Assembly (NCBI RefSeq): GCF_003704095.1
Contig: NW_020845295.1
Span: 1 to 64,000, forward strand
Reading direction: 5' to 3'
DNA length: 64,000 bases
DNA from: Pocillopora damicornis
Taxonomy: Eukaryota
The notes under the pieces were generated by a model. It made no database searches and had not been told where the DNA came from. It saw only the letters and a program-made list of their open reading frames with translations. The position numbers and the translations under genes were made by a program. Of this stretch, positions 46,901 to 61,100 are shown one piece after another. Each line of letters starts with the position of its first letter. The stretch's first letter is position 1.

Positions 46901-49900
46901 CCAGGGATGCGACTAGATCTCTGAAGAATTTCAATGTCTTTAGGGAGTCACCTAATCTAATTTTCATGGTGAAATTACGGGCTCTTTTAGCATTTGTTTT
47001 GTCTTCCTTCAATACCATCTTTTCCGTATCCGAGCGATGGAATAGGTACACAAGGAGTAATATTAATGCTTAATTAAAGCGGCTGGCTAATTTCCTTTAA
47101 AGTCATTTCGTTTTTGCAGCAGATCAATCCACGGATTGATTCTTGAGTATCCACACCACAACTTAGAACACGTCAGTTCTAAAAGCACTATCTGTTAAAC
47201 AATGTTACAAGGTAGGTTCCTTGCAGGAAAGAAGCCTACAATACACGGCGGCAGACATAAAACTAAGTTGACAATTAAGATGATGAAAAGGGAGGTTTCA
47301 GAAAACTTCTTCTTTTTGCCGAAGGTTTCTTTCATCTTGTTTTTTAATCTATAGACTTTGTTCGTTTGATTGTTTGTCTATAGAATTACTGTTTGGCTTT
47401 GCCTACAAACTTTTGCAATTTTTTCTTTTTTTTGCGTTGCAAATCCTTTGTGAGAACGCTTGAAGCGTCGGCTTTGTGTGAAAATTGTATAAATTTTTCA
47501 TTGGTTGCTACTTTTCACGCCGAGATAGTGGTTTAAAGCCACGAGCCGAGAATTACTAAAAATATCTGCAGTAAATTTGTTAGGAAAGTAACCTTTTATC
47601 TGTTAACAATTCCTAGCACTTGAAGGAGTAATTAAAAATACGAGGAACCAGACAAACAAGTATACGTGAGAATTCGAAATATGTCCCAGAAGTTTTCAGG
47701 TGCTTTTAAAGTTTCCCCTGACCATGATTGTTATCAATGACAGCCATAAATAGGAACCGCTTCACTTAGGGAAGTAACAAGCAAACTTAATTACCGTGAA
47801 AACACCTTTTTCATTTCCTTGAAATCTTCCTTGGGATACGTCCCGTTTTTGGCCTAGAATTGAGGCGAGGATTCGATCTGTGCAATCTCAGAAAAGAAAT
47901 TTCAAAAGTCAAACTAACAAAACACGTTCCTTTATAGTGGAAGCATGCAATTTGTGTTAAATATTTGTCGGAAATGAAGCGCGCAATTGTTGATGTGGCG
48001 TAGATTCAAATTGTCATGACAACAGAAGTTAACCCCTCTTTAAACGTTCAGTAATCGTGTGGTCCAAATTTCTATGTGTGATCCTAATTCGTTTCCACAT
48101 TTCGCTTTCAAAATCCTGAAAATAAATTTGCAAAGATTCATGAACGCCGCATTCTGATAATTCTTTTTTTGTCGAGAGCCTTTTTACCATCCGTCAGAGT
48201 AATTGTTTCAGTACAATAAAATTTTCCTGTACTTGTAATGATTGGCTGTCTTTGTTTCACAAGACGCTTAGCTTCCAGTGCAGAACGAAGTCGTATAATT
48301 AGCAGAGCTGTTTTGTCTGCCTTCTTATTGTTTATTGGTTTGAATGTTATTCACTTTTCACCAATAAAAGCTTGTTAAGTTTGCCGTGTGATAAAGTGTT
48401 GGTGTGAAAAATGTGTTTGTTTTAAAGCAATTTTGAAAGCGTACGCGGAAATGTAAACTTTGGGAACATAGCGCTAGTATTGTAGCAGGATATGACGAAA
48501 ACTGAGTCTTTGAAGCGTTCAAAATATTAAAATTTCGGTCGCGTCCTGACAGGCCGTTTTGACCTTTTTAAAAATAGAGCACAGTTCTTTAGAGTATTTC
48601 ATGTATTTTGCAAATAGGTTGTAAGATTTCACTGGAGATTGAATGTGAGGAGTTCATTGGCTTTGTTCATGTGATCAAACTATTTCCCGCGAAGAAAACG
48701 CGCGCAATTTATCAGCCATGTGTTCAAAATGATCATAACCGCTTTTTCCTTCAAAACATTGGTATCAACACGTTCGAGCGTGAACAATCTTACAACTTGT
48801 AACCTTTAGGACTTGGAAAATAAAACAAATTAAGCCTGAGAAAGTTGTAGAGTCAAAAATGAAATTATAACAATCTGGTCTGTAATTTTCCTGTTCATCA
48901 GGCCAAGTTATCACGTAGTTAATATCGAGATCATTAATTATGCCTTCATATTTTATGCACAATGGTTTTATGGCATTCAGCTGATTCTTTCAAATACACG
49001 TTACACACTCATTACCGATTTGATCGGCGTCGTCTGATGTAGAGGTTGACTTAGGCCAAGAAAAATACCCCATCACGTTGGTACTGCTGTATTCAAGCTA
49101 CTATGGAGGCGCTTGAGGATCTAATGTGAGTAAAAATTTGGTGTAAATAAATCATAAAAAGTGCCCTGTTTTAAATAGCAAGGTGCTGTATTTGTTTCCT
49201 TGTGTAGATTTTAAACAAATCTCTCAGCGTGGTTCGCAGCACGCTTTTAAAATAAGACAAACTTGACTTTGTATATCTAAGTTTTGTTTAAATTAGAGTG
49301 GCTGATGAAAAGGTATTTTGAATCGTATACGTACGGGCGAATTTACTAAGCGGCTGACAGTGTTGTTAGAAGATTCTGGACGATAAGTACTTAACGCTAC
49401 AACATCTACTTACTGAATGGAAATTAGGTAAACAAAACGTTTCATGATTCTTTGATGTCAAGTTAACGATGCGAGGTTTGTTCGTGGACGTTAGAGAGAC
49501 GTAACTAGCACGACATGAGAATATTGCCTAAATTATCTAAAAAATACTTCACTGGTAACATAATCAATGAGAGCAGTTGTTTTGGGGTAATAATTCGGTA
49601 CATGTATGACTCGTCTGCCGATCATGGGCACAGTTTAACAAATATCGTTTGCTCTTGGCTTATCATGAAATTCGCCGGTTCACGGAATCTGAAAAGCACT
49701 TGGTCATTTTCGAACTTCACTAAAAATTGCATAGAAAGCAAAATTCTCGCAAAACCGGACGCGGCTGACGAAAATTTCTCTCCTTCTCGAGTACTTGACT
49801 TTATGATATGCAAGCAATATTCGATTCGACACGTGACATTTAATCGAACGCTACGCTGTGTTGTCAAGAGGAGTTTGATCAGCTCTTCACTGTAATGATG

Positions 49901-51529
49901 AACAAGAGAAAGCTGAACCACTAGAATAATTTCGTTTGACGTGTCAAGAAGGCGGTTTTAGCGAAAAAATGAGGAAAAATATCAATCTAGGGTCAACACT
50001 GTAGAAAGGCTGAATTGCAAATTCAAAACACATCCGCAATGTTTTTAGCGTTGATTGCATCGCACTTGTAAACGGCGCGTAAAATTTTCGTAGTTTTTAA
50101 GAAACCTATTTATTTTCAAGTGGCCACAAAATGCTAGTTACTCAGGCATTAAGATTTTTATGAGAGAACGGCTCGCTGAAAAGTTTACACTGTGCGACGA
50201 GGGCTGTTGACATATGACAAAGTCTACCTAAAATGCAAAAGACGCCTTCACATAGGTTACAAAAAAATCGACTGTTTCATTGTCTGGCTCAGTAGGTTAC
50301 AGAAGACTGTGAGCTACTTTTAAGATAATGTCAAGCTGCGCAGTCATGAAGGAAAAAATTAAATCTCTAGAAAAACTTCTAAGTGGGGGCTTAATTGCAG
50401 AAGACACAGCAGGTTCGAGGCGGTGTATCTTATGAACAATCTTCCCTAGGAAGAAATCTTATCAAAACATGTAGACAATCGACTTATTCTTACTCCACAA
50501 ATACACATCGTACTTTTTTATTCTTTCGATGTTGGCATAAGCGTTGTTTTTGAAAACCAAACTTCTTTTTCTCTTTTGCACCTTTTCTGAAAGTAGATGA
50601 TTTGTCGCTTCAGTAATCTGATGTTTTGTGATAGAAAAGTTGTCGAACAGGTCATAAAACTCATGATCCATAACAGGTGCTATTTATTGTAGGCGTATGG
50701 CACGGCAACTTCGAAACGAGGAGGCTTCGTTTGGCTAGAAGAAGAAAGCTGAATTACTTCATAACATTTCTCGTCCTCTTTTTACGATCTTCTTGAAAAG
50801 TAATCCCATTAACAAAAATACATTGTGAAATATTAGATTGTAACGAAGATATCAAACAAGGTGTAAACGACAACGATAAAAGATCATAAACAAGTTCGGT
50901 AAAGTGGAGAAACCTTGAACACACTGTTCTTTTAGGGGTAAAGAGCTGTCGACTGCAGGCGACACACCAACAAAATACTGACAATTTTTACGTCTACGGG
51001 TTAATTCACAAGAATAGTAAGGTTGAAGTGATTATCTATGGAACAATGCTGGGCTTTGTTTACGTCTCCGCTATGTTATTGAAATCATAAACTCCTTTTT
51101 TTTATCTCGTCGTTGTTAATTTAAGATTGGCGGACAACTGCGTAGACGGCGGTCAACCTTTTCGTTTGCAATGGTTGACCGCACAACAAGTCTGAGAAAA
51201 TAAAACAATGAACACTTCCATGGGAATAAAGTTTAAAGAGAAAATGCTGCGTTGAAAAGGCAGGAGTATTGTTCCTTTCTAAAACTCCAGTTAGGTCCGG
51301 CGATACTCTCATCTACTATATCAAACGACTTTAAATTATTTGGTCCATTCTCTGTAAAATCAAAACTAAATGAAAAGTAAGTTGTTAGTTTTCATCATAT
51401 TCCTATTTACCTAGAAGATGGTCAACCTGAACTTTCAAATGATATGAGGTCAGCTAGAATGGTACGAAAACCGATCGTTTGTTTTTAATTGATTGAATTG
51501 TCACTCGACAATGGCTGATTTACAATAAA

Positions 51530-51700
51530 CCAGTTATTGACTAAGCACTGTTCCTCCTCTATATTTGGGAGACACGCGGGGTTCGAATCCCGTCGAAGCC
51601 TTACTTTTTTTAAGACTTCGTTTCCTGTAATTGCTAAAATTGCAGCTCGCCCGTGAAGATCGGCGCTCTGCTTGATAATTAACATCTGTAAATTCAGTCA
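51530..51700 (+). mobile_element. tRNA-derived SINE (second family, decayed)
   Basis: Perfect B box GGTTCGAATCC at 51580-51590, followed by GAAGCCTTA-T7-AAGACTTC hairpin and AATTGCTAAAATTGC; no cloverleaf. Confidence 0.55.
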
Positions 51701-52128
51701 GAGCTGGAAAAACAATTGGCACTCGATTCAGGTTATGATGTATACTTCTGATACCGATTTGAATCAAAATATTCGGGTGGACTTGAGGAAGATCTTAAAC
51801 ACTGTCATTAAGTATCTCAATATACGAAAAGTGTTGCGTATCAGTTTACCTTAGTTAGGTTTTCAAAATTGATAAGTCCTTTATGAACCTCCGGACAACG
51901 GGATAAAGGTATCGGCTTAAGCCAAGGAGTTTTCTTATCATAGAAGGTTAAAAATGTAGGGTTTTTACGGCTGGGACCATGACTTTGTTTTTGGTTAGGG
52001 GAGGTGTCTTTCAAAACAATGATCCATTAACTGTAGTCGACTGTAATCGCGAAAATAGAGCTTATCTAACAAGGTTTCCGCACAACCAGAGTTCATTGTT
52101 CACCTTTCTATCTTAATCTTTCACAGAT

Positions 52129-55100
52129 ATGAGCAACCATCGTACTCTGCATGTATTATCCATATCACACGGTCGGGCAATACGACGGTCTCGATCTGAA
52201 GAGCATTTGCCTTCTAGCTACAAAGCCGAAGAAGATCTTAATATAAGGAGGAATTTGGTGACAATCAGGACAATCCCGAGTTTTTGTCCAGTTGGGAAAC
52301 TGACAGTGCAGTTTATAAGCAAAGAACAGCAAGAAGCAAGAAAAATTATAGAAGAATTTTCTGGGAATCAAGAGAAACAAATTAGAAGGAGGAACAGAAG
52401 CGAAGGAGATTTGCAACTAACTGAGAAAGGGCAAACGGATTCATTAGATACCGCAGCTGGTTCACAGCCTTGGTTAAAAATCACAATGTCCTTGGTACCG
52501 GCTGCATCCCCCCTTACAACTGTCCATGGTTTGGAAGAGGCTCGAGATACCATCAAGAAGCTCAACGATAGCCTTCTGAAGGAGAAGAGGCTATCAGAAA
52601 CGAAGGACATGACTATTGAAAATTTGCGACATGAGATAAATCTCTTGGATCAAGAACTTGTTGATAAACGTAAAGAGAATGACAAACACAACGAAGAAAT
52701 GCGGAAATTACGATCGAAAACAACTGCGCTAGAGACGGAGAATAAAATTCTGGAGAGGCAAGTGAAGATGATGAATGAATCGAATAAACGACTTCATAAC
52801 GAGCTACACGAGTTACGAAACAAGCTTCGGATTCAGGAAACCAAAGTCGGAGAGCTTCGGGTGCAGAGGTCGGAAGCCGTTCGGAAGTACGCTCATCTTC
52901 TACAAACAAGCGTTGACAAAGGAACACGGCTACGATATTTTCTGCAGCAATTGCAAAATGAGATTTTGGCTCACAGTGTAACCTCGAAGAAGTTTCATGT
53001 GCAAAAACAAGTGCTGGAAGATCTTATGAAAGAAGACAGCGAAGAAGATCTACGGTTCAAGAAGTACGGGTTAATATCACCGCAAAAGATGAGAAGAGGC
53101 TCATATTTGTTGTCAGAGGAGGAAAAGCAAATCCTGCGCAAAGACTTAGAGGTTGCTTTGGGAAGCAAAAATAACAAAAGACCAGACAAAAGTATCCCCA
53201 TTGAAAAGCTGACGACAGCTACTGAACGAATTGTTACTGAGGGCTTAAAATCTCGGCTGGGGAAAGACAACGAAGAAACCTCGCAAATGTCGAAGTTGAT
53301 CGAGGAGGCGAAGTACCAGATCAAAGGTTTGGACCGGATAGAATCTTCACATGTGGAGACCTCCAAAAGGTTAGAGGACAAAGTTGGAACGCAATTAAAA
53401 GTGCTGGAAGGCGAACTCAAAGATTTGTCCAACGAGCTAAAATTGGCGCAGATCTCAAAGAGAGAAGACGAGGAAAAACTTAGATCTATCAGGAAATTCT
53501 CCGTCGCAGATAAAAAAGTTGACAGTATCATTCTAGCTCGAAGAACATCCCAAATTGAAAAGTTGGAGCTTGAAAGCGTGATAAACAACATGGAGAGAAG
53601 AATGAGCGAAGACACTAGCACTCCTATGTCACCGAGAGAGGCTGAAATGTTGTCAATGAAGCATAAAATGGCTGAAGTGCTGGAGGACAAGCTAATGCTT
53701 TCAGATGAGCTGATTGAGTCTCGTACCAGTCTCTCTAATTTGGAGAATCTACTGGAAAGCAGGGGCCTGGAAAATAAGAAAATGGAGCAAGAACTCGAGG
53801 AAAAAGAACAGCGAATTTCAGTGGTACAGGAACATTTGAGGGAAGCAAGCATTGAAACTTATAATCTTAAGGAAGAGCTAGAGGCCACAAAACAGGAGCT
53901 TTCGGCGAGAAGAAGAGAGGAAATAGCACAACCGGAACTAAAAGCCAAAGATCGACCTCACAGGGTTGAATTAAATTTTACACCTACCAGCCAGCCTGCA
54001 TTGGAACAAAAGGCATGGAACGTAAAGAAGGAGTCATCTAGAGTGAGAAGTAACAGCCCCTCCCTAGAACCAAGCACGGAAAGTTCTCCACTCAAACGAG
54101 AAGACGAAGAAGTACAAGTTGGTAACGAACCACCGAGTCCCAGACCACTTCAGAGAATTCGATCTGAGGAGGATCTACGTAGAAGAACTTTAAGAAGGAC
54201 GTTATCCTTAGATCCTAAAGGATGGGAAAGTTCTCTGCAAGGTTTAGAAAGAAGAAGGTCATTAGATCCAACAGATTTTCGAACTAAACAGGAGCGCAAA
54301 GTTACCACAACAAAGCTGAAGTTGGTACGGCGAGCAGATAAAGCGATTCAGGTAGAAAGTAGCGAACAACTTACCAAGGCGCCAGAAAATTTCACAGATT
54401 TTGAACGTACAAGAGAAGCCTTGAACAGAGACAACCAAGAACTTAGAGTGATTCTCGGAAAGCAAGACGAAGAGATCGCAAGCCTCGTAAATGAGCTCGG
54501 AAAAATACGAGGAGGAACGAAAGATTCTGCCGAGAGTGGAGAAGACAGTATGCCTTTTAACTATCCCAAGAGAGTGTCTGAACTGTGGACGTCCCTTGAA
54601 GGGACTAGGAAGGAAAAAGAAGAAGGAGAAAAAAGGAACAAAGAGCTGCAAGATGAGCTTGAAAGACAACAGCAAGAGATACAAGCTATCATAAGGAATT
54701 TGAAACGAGAGAACCCCCAGTTACCGTTTGAAGCTAGGGACAGTTTCAAAGCAAGCCTACAAACCGAGAGGAAAAATTACTTTAAAAAGGGAAACCCAGA
54801 TTCTCAGCAAAGTCGTAGCTTACAAGAGTTTGTGAGTGAAAATGAAACAAAAAACATGAAACATGAATTCGTTTTCGACAACGAAGACGGCCGACGGATT
54901 CCTAACGAGCTTCAGTTAGAGGTATCATCGTGGGAAGGCGACACGATTTCGACCTTGGAGTCATTTATCAATCTTATGAAGAAAGATCTGGCGACTTCTT
55001 TACAACAGAGTAAAGAATTGGAAACAGAGCTCTATAGAAAGGAAGAAGATTTACGAAAAGCTAGAAAGGAGATAGCGCTGCATGAAGGTAAACCCCCTGA

Positions 55101-58100
55101 ACTGACAGCTCGCTCAGATGAAAGAGTCAATGGGGAAGATAGGGCTGCCAAAGAAGTTATTACGTTACAAACTAAAGTCGCGGAACTGACTGCTTTGTTA
55201 GAAGAGACAAAGAAGGAAAAACTTAAAACAGAAGAAAAATGCGAGAGGTTCACATCACAAATTTCAGAACTGAATGCAGCATTTGGTCAAATAAGGGAAG
55301 AAAATGCTCATTTCGTAAAAAACATTGAACAGTACAAATCTCAAATTAATGACTTACAAATTTCTCTTGAAGATTCAAAGACACATTTACTCAGAGCGGA
55401 GAAGGAGATTCAAGGGTTCAAATCTAAAATAATAGATCTACAAATTTCTCTGGATGAAATAAAGGCAGAAAAAGATGAGGCGAATGAAATTATTGAGCGA
55501 TCAATATCCAAAATTCCAGAGTTAACGGCCTTGCTGGACAATGCTAATGAAGAACTCAGTACTGCTAAAAGGGCAATAGAACTGTACCAAACTGAAAATT
55601 TGGAACTGAAATCACACCTGGAGAACACAGAACATGAAACTCGCAGTTCTCTGGATGAAATTGCTCAATACAAGTCTCAGATTTTGATTCTGGAGGCGTC
55701 GCTTGAGAAAATTAGGAAAGAGAATGCTAGTTTAAGAGAAGAAGTCAGACAAGATAAGTCAGAAATTTTAGATTTGAAAGCTTCGCTCGAAGTTAAAAGG
55801 AAAGAGAACGAGTGGGCAATTGAAGAAATTGAAAGATACAAATCCCGGTCGGAGACCTTGAGAGAGTCGCTTGATAATGTGAAGAAAGAAAACAATGACA
55901 ATTTGAAGGAAATTGACGACTACAAACAACAAATTTCTGATCTGAAGACTTCACTTGGTCGATCAAAGAAAGAGAGCACCAATGTAACGAAAGAGTACGA
56001 GTTGTACAAATTTGAAATCTCCGATTTGCAAACTTGTCTTGATGCTGAAAGAAAGGAGAATCGTGCTGCAGCAGAAAAAATTGATAAACATCAATCCGAA
56101 ATCTCCAGTCTGAAAGACTCTTTGGATAAAGCAAACAAGGAAGTTAATGCCAAACATTGTGAAAGTGAACGCTACAAGAGTCAGATTTCAGACCTGCAAG
56201 CTTCGCTTGAAACAGAACGTGAAGAAAATCTGGCAGCCAGGAGACATATTGTGGAAAATGAATCCGAGATTTGTGATCTAAATAGTTCTCTGCAACAGGC
56301 CAAGAAAGACAAGGAAACAATGGTGAAAGATAACCAACGATGCAAGTTCCAAATCTCTGATCTACAAGTTATCCTTGAAGACGTAAGAAAAGAAAATCTC
56401 GCCTCAGCGGAGAAAATTACGAGGTATGAATCTGAACTTTTTGACTTGAAGAATTCTTTCGAAAAGGCAAAAGAAAAAACCAGCCCCAACGATGACGAAA
56501 TCGAAAGTTATAAGACTCAGATCTCAGATTTGCAAGCTACAATCGAAGATGCAAGGAGCAATAAAGAAAGATGTCAAAATGAACTTCAGAATGAAATAAA
56601 AAAGTGCGACGAGAAAGAACAGGAGCATAAAATGAAGGAAGCAGAAACGCGACTTGAGATGGAACGACTGAAAACTAGTAACTCCAAACTCCAAATTACG
56701 ATCAACAATTTGAAAGCTCAGCTCATGGAAGCCGACAAAAAGGTGAAAGCCTTGGAAGATCAGGTAGAAGAAGACAACAAAACCATTGCACAACTTATGG
56801 AGGAGCAATTAGGAGTTAGTCGATTACAGGAACAAGTTAAAGTTTTAGAAACAAAACTCGGTGTAAGGGATAAGAACTTGGAACATAAAGTGGAGGAAAT
56901 CATAGAGAAAAATAAACTTATTGAGCACTTACAGTTAGAGAAAGACAAACTCGAGCGATCATTCGCAGACGATTCACTGAAACGCGTAGAAGATCCTTTA
57001 TATTTTGACTCTGTTGATGGAGAAATCATAAGCGAAACAGCTGCAGCTCAAAGTTTATCTCAGAGTCCTCCGATAGATGGCACAAATGTTGAAGACATCG
57101 AGGAGATAGGAAACGATGTCGTAGAAGTCAAGGAACAATTACAAACTCTCCAAGTCGAGCTGGACGAAATTCAGAAGGAAAAAGGATATTTAGAAGAAAC
57201 TGTGCGGCGACTTCAGAACGAAAAGATCAATCAAGAAAAGGAATTAGAATTACTAAGGAGACAGGTCCAAATTCTCGAGGATAGCGTAAAGGACACAGAG
57301 AAAACACTGGAAAAGAATGCACAAAAGATGTTAGAGAAAGAAAACGAACTGCTTGAACTCATCAACGAAAAAGTAGTGAAGACGAGTCAGATTGAGAGTC
57401 TAAAAGCAAGCTTAACTGCGGCGCTTCGCGAAAGAGATTCCGCACTGACAGGTAAGCGAGTTTTCATTGATGATTTACCGGTAATGAGCTATTAAAACTA
57501 GAAGTGTTCGGAAAGACTAAAATTAGGAATGTTGTGGCTATGTGTTTGGGAATTGTTTAGGCCTGTTAGATTATCTTGAAATCGTTGTGCGAGTCTTGTG
57601 AGCCTTGGTTTGTCATGTGCTGCAAGACCACACATTTATTTTTACCTTTTGAGTGATGTGTCTTTGTAATAGGGCTCAATTCTCATACAATAATCGTGAT
57701 CGCCAGTCGTGTTTGGGTTTGTCTTTGACCTTGCTTAGAGTCCTAAACGGGAGGTTTTATTTAGGTTTTAGTTCTCGAAGATTGATTGTTTTTCAAGTAC
57801 TTTGTTGTTCATTTCGAATGTTTTGTGGAGTTGTTTGGGTTAACGTTCTAAAAATGTGTTAACTCTGCCAAGGTCAGTTATCCCGTAAGCCCAAACATGC
57901 CTAACGATAGGATATTTAAAAGCGTGTACTTAGGGCTGAATTAGAGAGACTCAGTCATTCCGATGAAGAGCCATTCCGAGTCATTAAGCAGACAGAGAAT
58001 AAAAGTTCTTGGTCAGATTCATGGTTCCTCTGTTTGCGCGAGTTGATTAAGCTAGTTAACCTCAGCAATCCCACAAGATTGAACGAGGATTTCAAGATAA

Positions 58101-61100
58101 TCTAACAGGCCAAAACAATTCCCAAACACTTGACCAGAACATTCCGAATTTTAATAGTTTCCAAACACTACTAATTTTAGTATAGTTCAAAACAATAAGT
58201 GCAAATGATGCTTCGCAAAATCACCTACAAAACTGATTGGATAATAACAGTTTACAGTTTTTGGGCGCCGATGGATCATGACAACAAATTGACTATGCCT
58301 GGTTGTTTTTTTGGCATAACACGATCATCTTTGCAACGTTCCAAATTACTACAGTAATGCAAGACTCCTTTAATTTTTACCTTAAGTTCTACTTACTCAA
58401 AAAGGATGTTCTACACTCTCCGTCTTTCTCATAGCCGGCCGAAATATCAAAATGTCGTTAAAAATTGATATGACCAAATTATTATCAAAATTATTTAAAC
58501 AAAGTCATTTTGAGGTGGGGTTACGCCGAATAAACTTCTCACACCCAGCAGTTATCAATTGTAAATTTCTCCTACAATCATTTATACATTAACAATGAAA
58601 GAGATAACGAGAATTATAAAAGTATTATCTAGGAGATATTGCCTTGATATAAGACCAAATTCTCACGAACAATCAAATAGGAAATGTGTGATCATTAGTT
58701 CGGAGAATTAACTTTTTGACCATTTTACGGCTAACGGTTGAAAATTGAAACCCTCTACAAGGCGGCAGTGCCCGCAAAACCAGAACACGAGCTTAAAGAC
58801 AGCTGTGAGAGATTTATAGGTAGCGGTAGACCGTTAGTGACCGGCTTTTATCAAAACCCCTGTGGAGTCATCCAAATTACAACAAAACTTTGCAATAATT
58901 GTTTAATTTTCACAAATCTCACTAAAACCTATGTATGAAGCTAATCAAGTACAAACGTTTTCAAAATGTACGAATATGTACAACTTTGACTGAAAGTAAA
59001 GAAAAAATTTTAAAAAGGTGGCTTTCATTATGTGCTGATAACCTTGTAAGTTTACAAACATACATTCAAGAACTAGGAATTCCCAAAGGGAATGTCCTTT
59101 TTGTTCAGAGCCTCTCATTACGCTATGTGTGCGAAGCAAAAGGCTAGCGCTTAATTAAAAAGGAAAAAACAACGTCAATTAATGACCACACAAAAAAAAA
59201 ACATTACTTTTGCATTGTCCTAGATATAAGTTCTTGATTCGCATATATCTTAAACATAAGGCAACCTTTGTACGTTATGATAACGTTTGTTGACTAAAAT
59301 CATTAAACAACATTTGCCATTACCACTGCAATTGGGCCTCACAAACGAATTTGATAAGGCCTTCGTGTGTATTCAGAGTGACAAAGAAAGAACAATCAAG
59401 TGTGATTTCTACTCAACTTTTGGCTGCGCTGTCATTCAATTACTAATGACATGCTCCTTGAATCTTTTAATCATTTCAAATATTTTCTTAGCCTAACAAC
59501 TTGAAAACAGTGTCAAGCAAACGGGTCTTGAAGTAAAAAAAAACCTTACCATTAGGCCGATGTTGTCTTCGATTCTTATGAATAACTTACAAAGGAACAT
59601 ATAACCATCTGTTAGGAGAGTAAACTCCCAGATCTTGTTGGAATAGGTAAAACATTTGCAATTACCAGTCTAATTGACTTCTGAAACAAAGCTTTAATGG
59701 AGCTACAATTTCCTTAACAATAAAACAAGCCTCTCACCGAAAGCGTGGGCATTCCAAGGTGGAAAGAAAAAAACATCAATTACGAGCAACTTATAAGGCA
59801 GTTTTCTTGTGCAGACATTCAATTAGTCAATGATAAACTTATGATGTACAGCTTGGAATTTTCTTCCTTTTTTCAGCGGAATACTTTGATCAGAAAAGTA
59901 TTCATTTGTCAAACTATAAAGCGCATCCAAAGTTTACTATCATCTGACTCTGGAATTATCGCGAGCGACTTTTCTGTCCACTGAGGATGTTTTATCAGCA
60001 TAGGGGAGTTCAAAATCTGTTATACTCTCTCGTTTGATTTAATCTTTGGCGGTCTTTTACAACTAAACAAATGTGAACAATAAGTTGCCACTTTTACGTG
60101 TAGCGGAGATCAAAAACAAAGGAAAACTGTAAAATCGTTGTTTAACGGATGGCACGTTTCTGAGAGGTAGAACAAATATCACAGAAAAGAAAAAAAAAAA
60201 TAAAACGATCACGGAATTCTCGATAATTTTTTTCCGTACACAGGATAAACCTATATATAGCCTGATAATCTTTTGACGCAATTACATCGTAATTTGCAGA
60301 ATTTACATTAAATTTTCTATAACTGTTTACGTATAGGAATTTATTGGCTTTAATGAAGATATTGCTAGCTTTGTTCCATCAACCAAACTCTCTCATATTA
60401 GACAAATTTGCCCCGACCGGAGAGAAATTCTTATATCTGATATCTAGTGCAATGTTAATAAAACTGAGTTAGACTTCTCTGGAAAGTTTTTGATAAGATT
60501 TGCGTAAGCGTGTTGAACACTTCGATTACAAACCTTTGTCCATTATAATGCACGCGTTCTCCGTTTGATTCAAATAAGCTTTTGTTTTGTTGAGCGACGC
60601 CGACCTCGTGAACGCAAAGGATCTAACGCTTACTCAAAAGTTATTTAAAACTAACTCGGATATTCATAAACATGAATTAGAAAAAATATTTGGTTCACAC
60701 TCAAAGAAAGGCCCGTTTAATTGGGTGAGTTAAAGTTTACAGTTCACATATTTTTTAATCGGTAATAAAAATGCAAAGAACCCCAATTATTTAAAAACCC
60801 AATTCCCACTTGGATTAAGAGAGAACAATAACTTGTATTTGTAAATTCGGCGTGGACGCGTTGATTTGGCGTTAGCTTGTTTATAGCTAAGGTATAAGTC
60901 AGTTTACTCTTCATATTGTCAAGTGTTTGTTTGTTTGTCTTCTTGCCTATCGTTACAGCCAAGTGTTAAACATTTACGTTTCTTTTTTGTAGCCAAAGAC
61001 GACTCCATCGAGAAGCTGCAAAAAGAAAACAGGACACTGCAAGGCCAAGTCGAGCAGCTTAGAATGGAAGTTCAGAAACAAGCCGTCAACTGGCAACAGA

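Noticed and set aside
49515-49921. Overlapping 126-aa and 99-aa ORFs
   Set aside because: No recognisable motif or coding-like composition; probably chance ORFs
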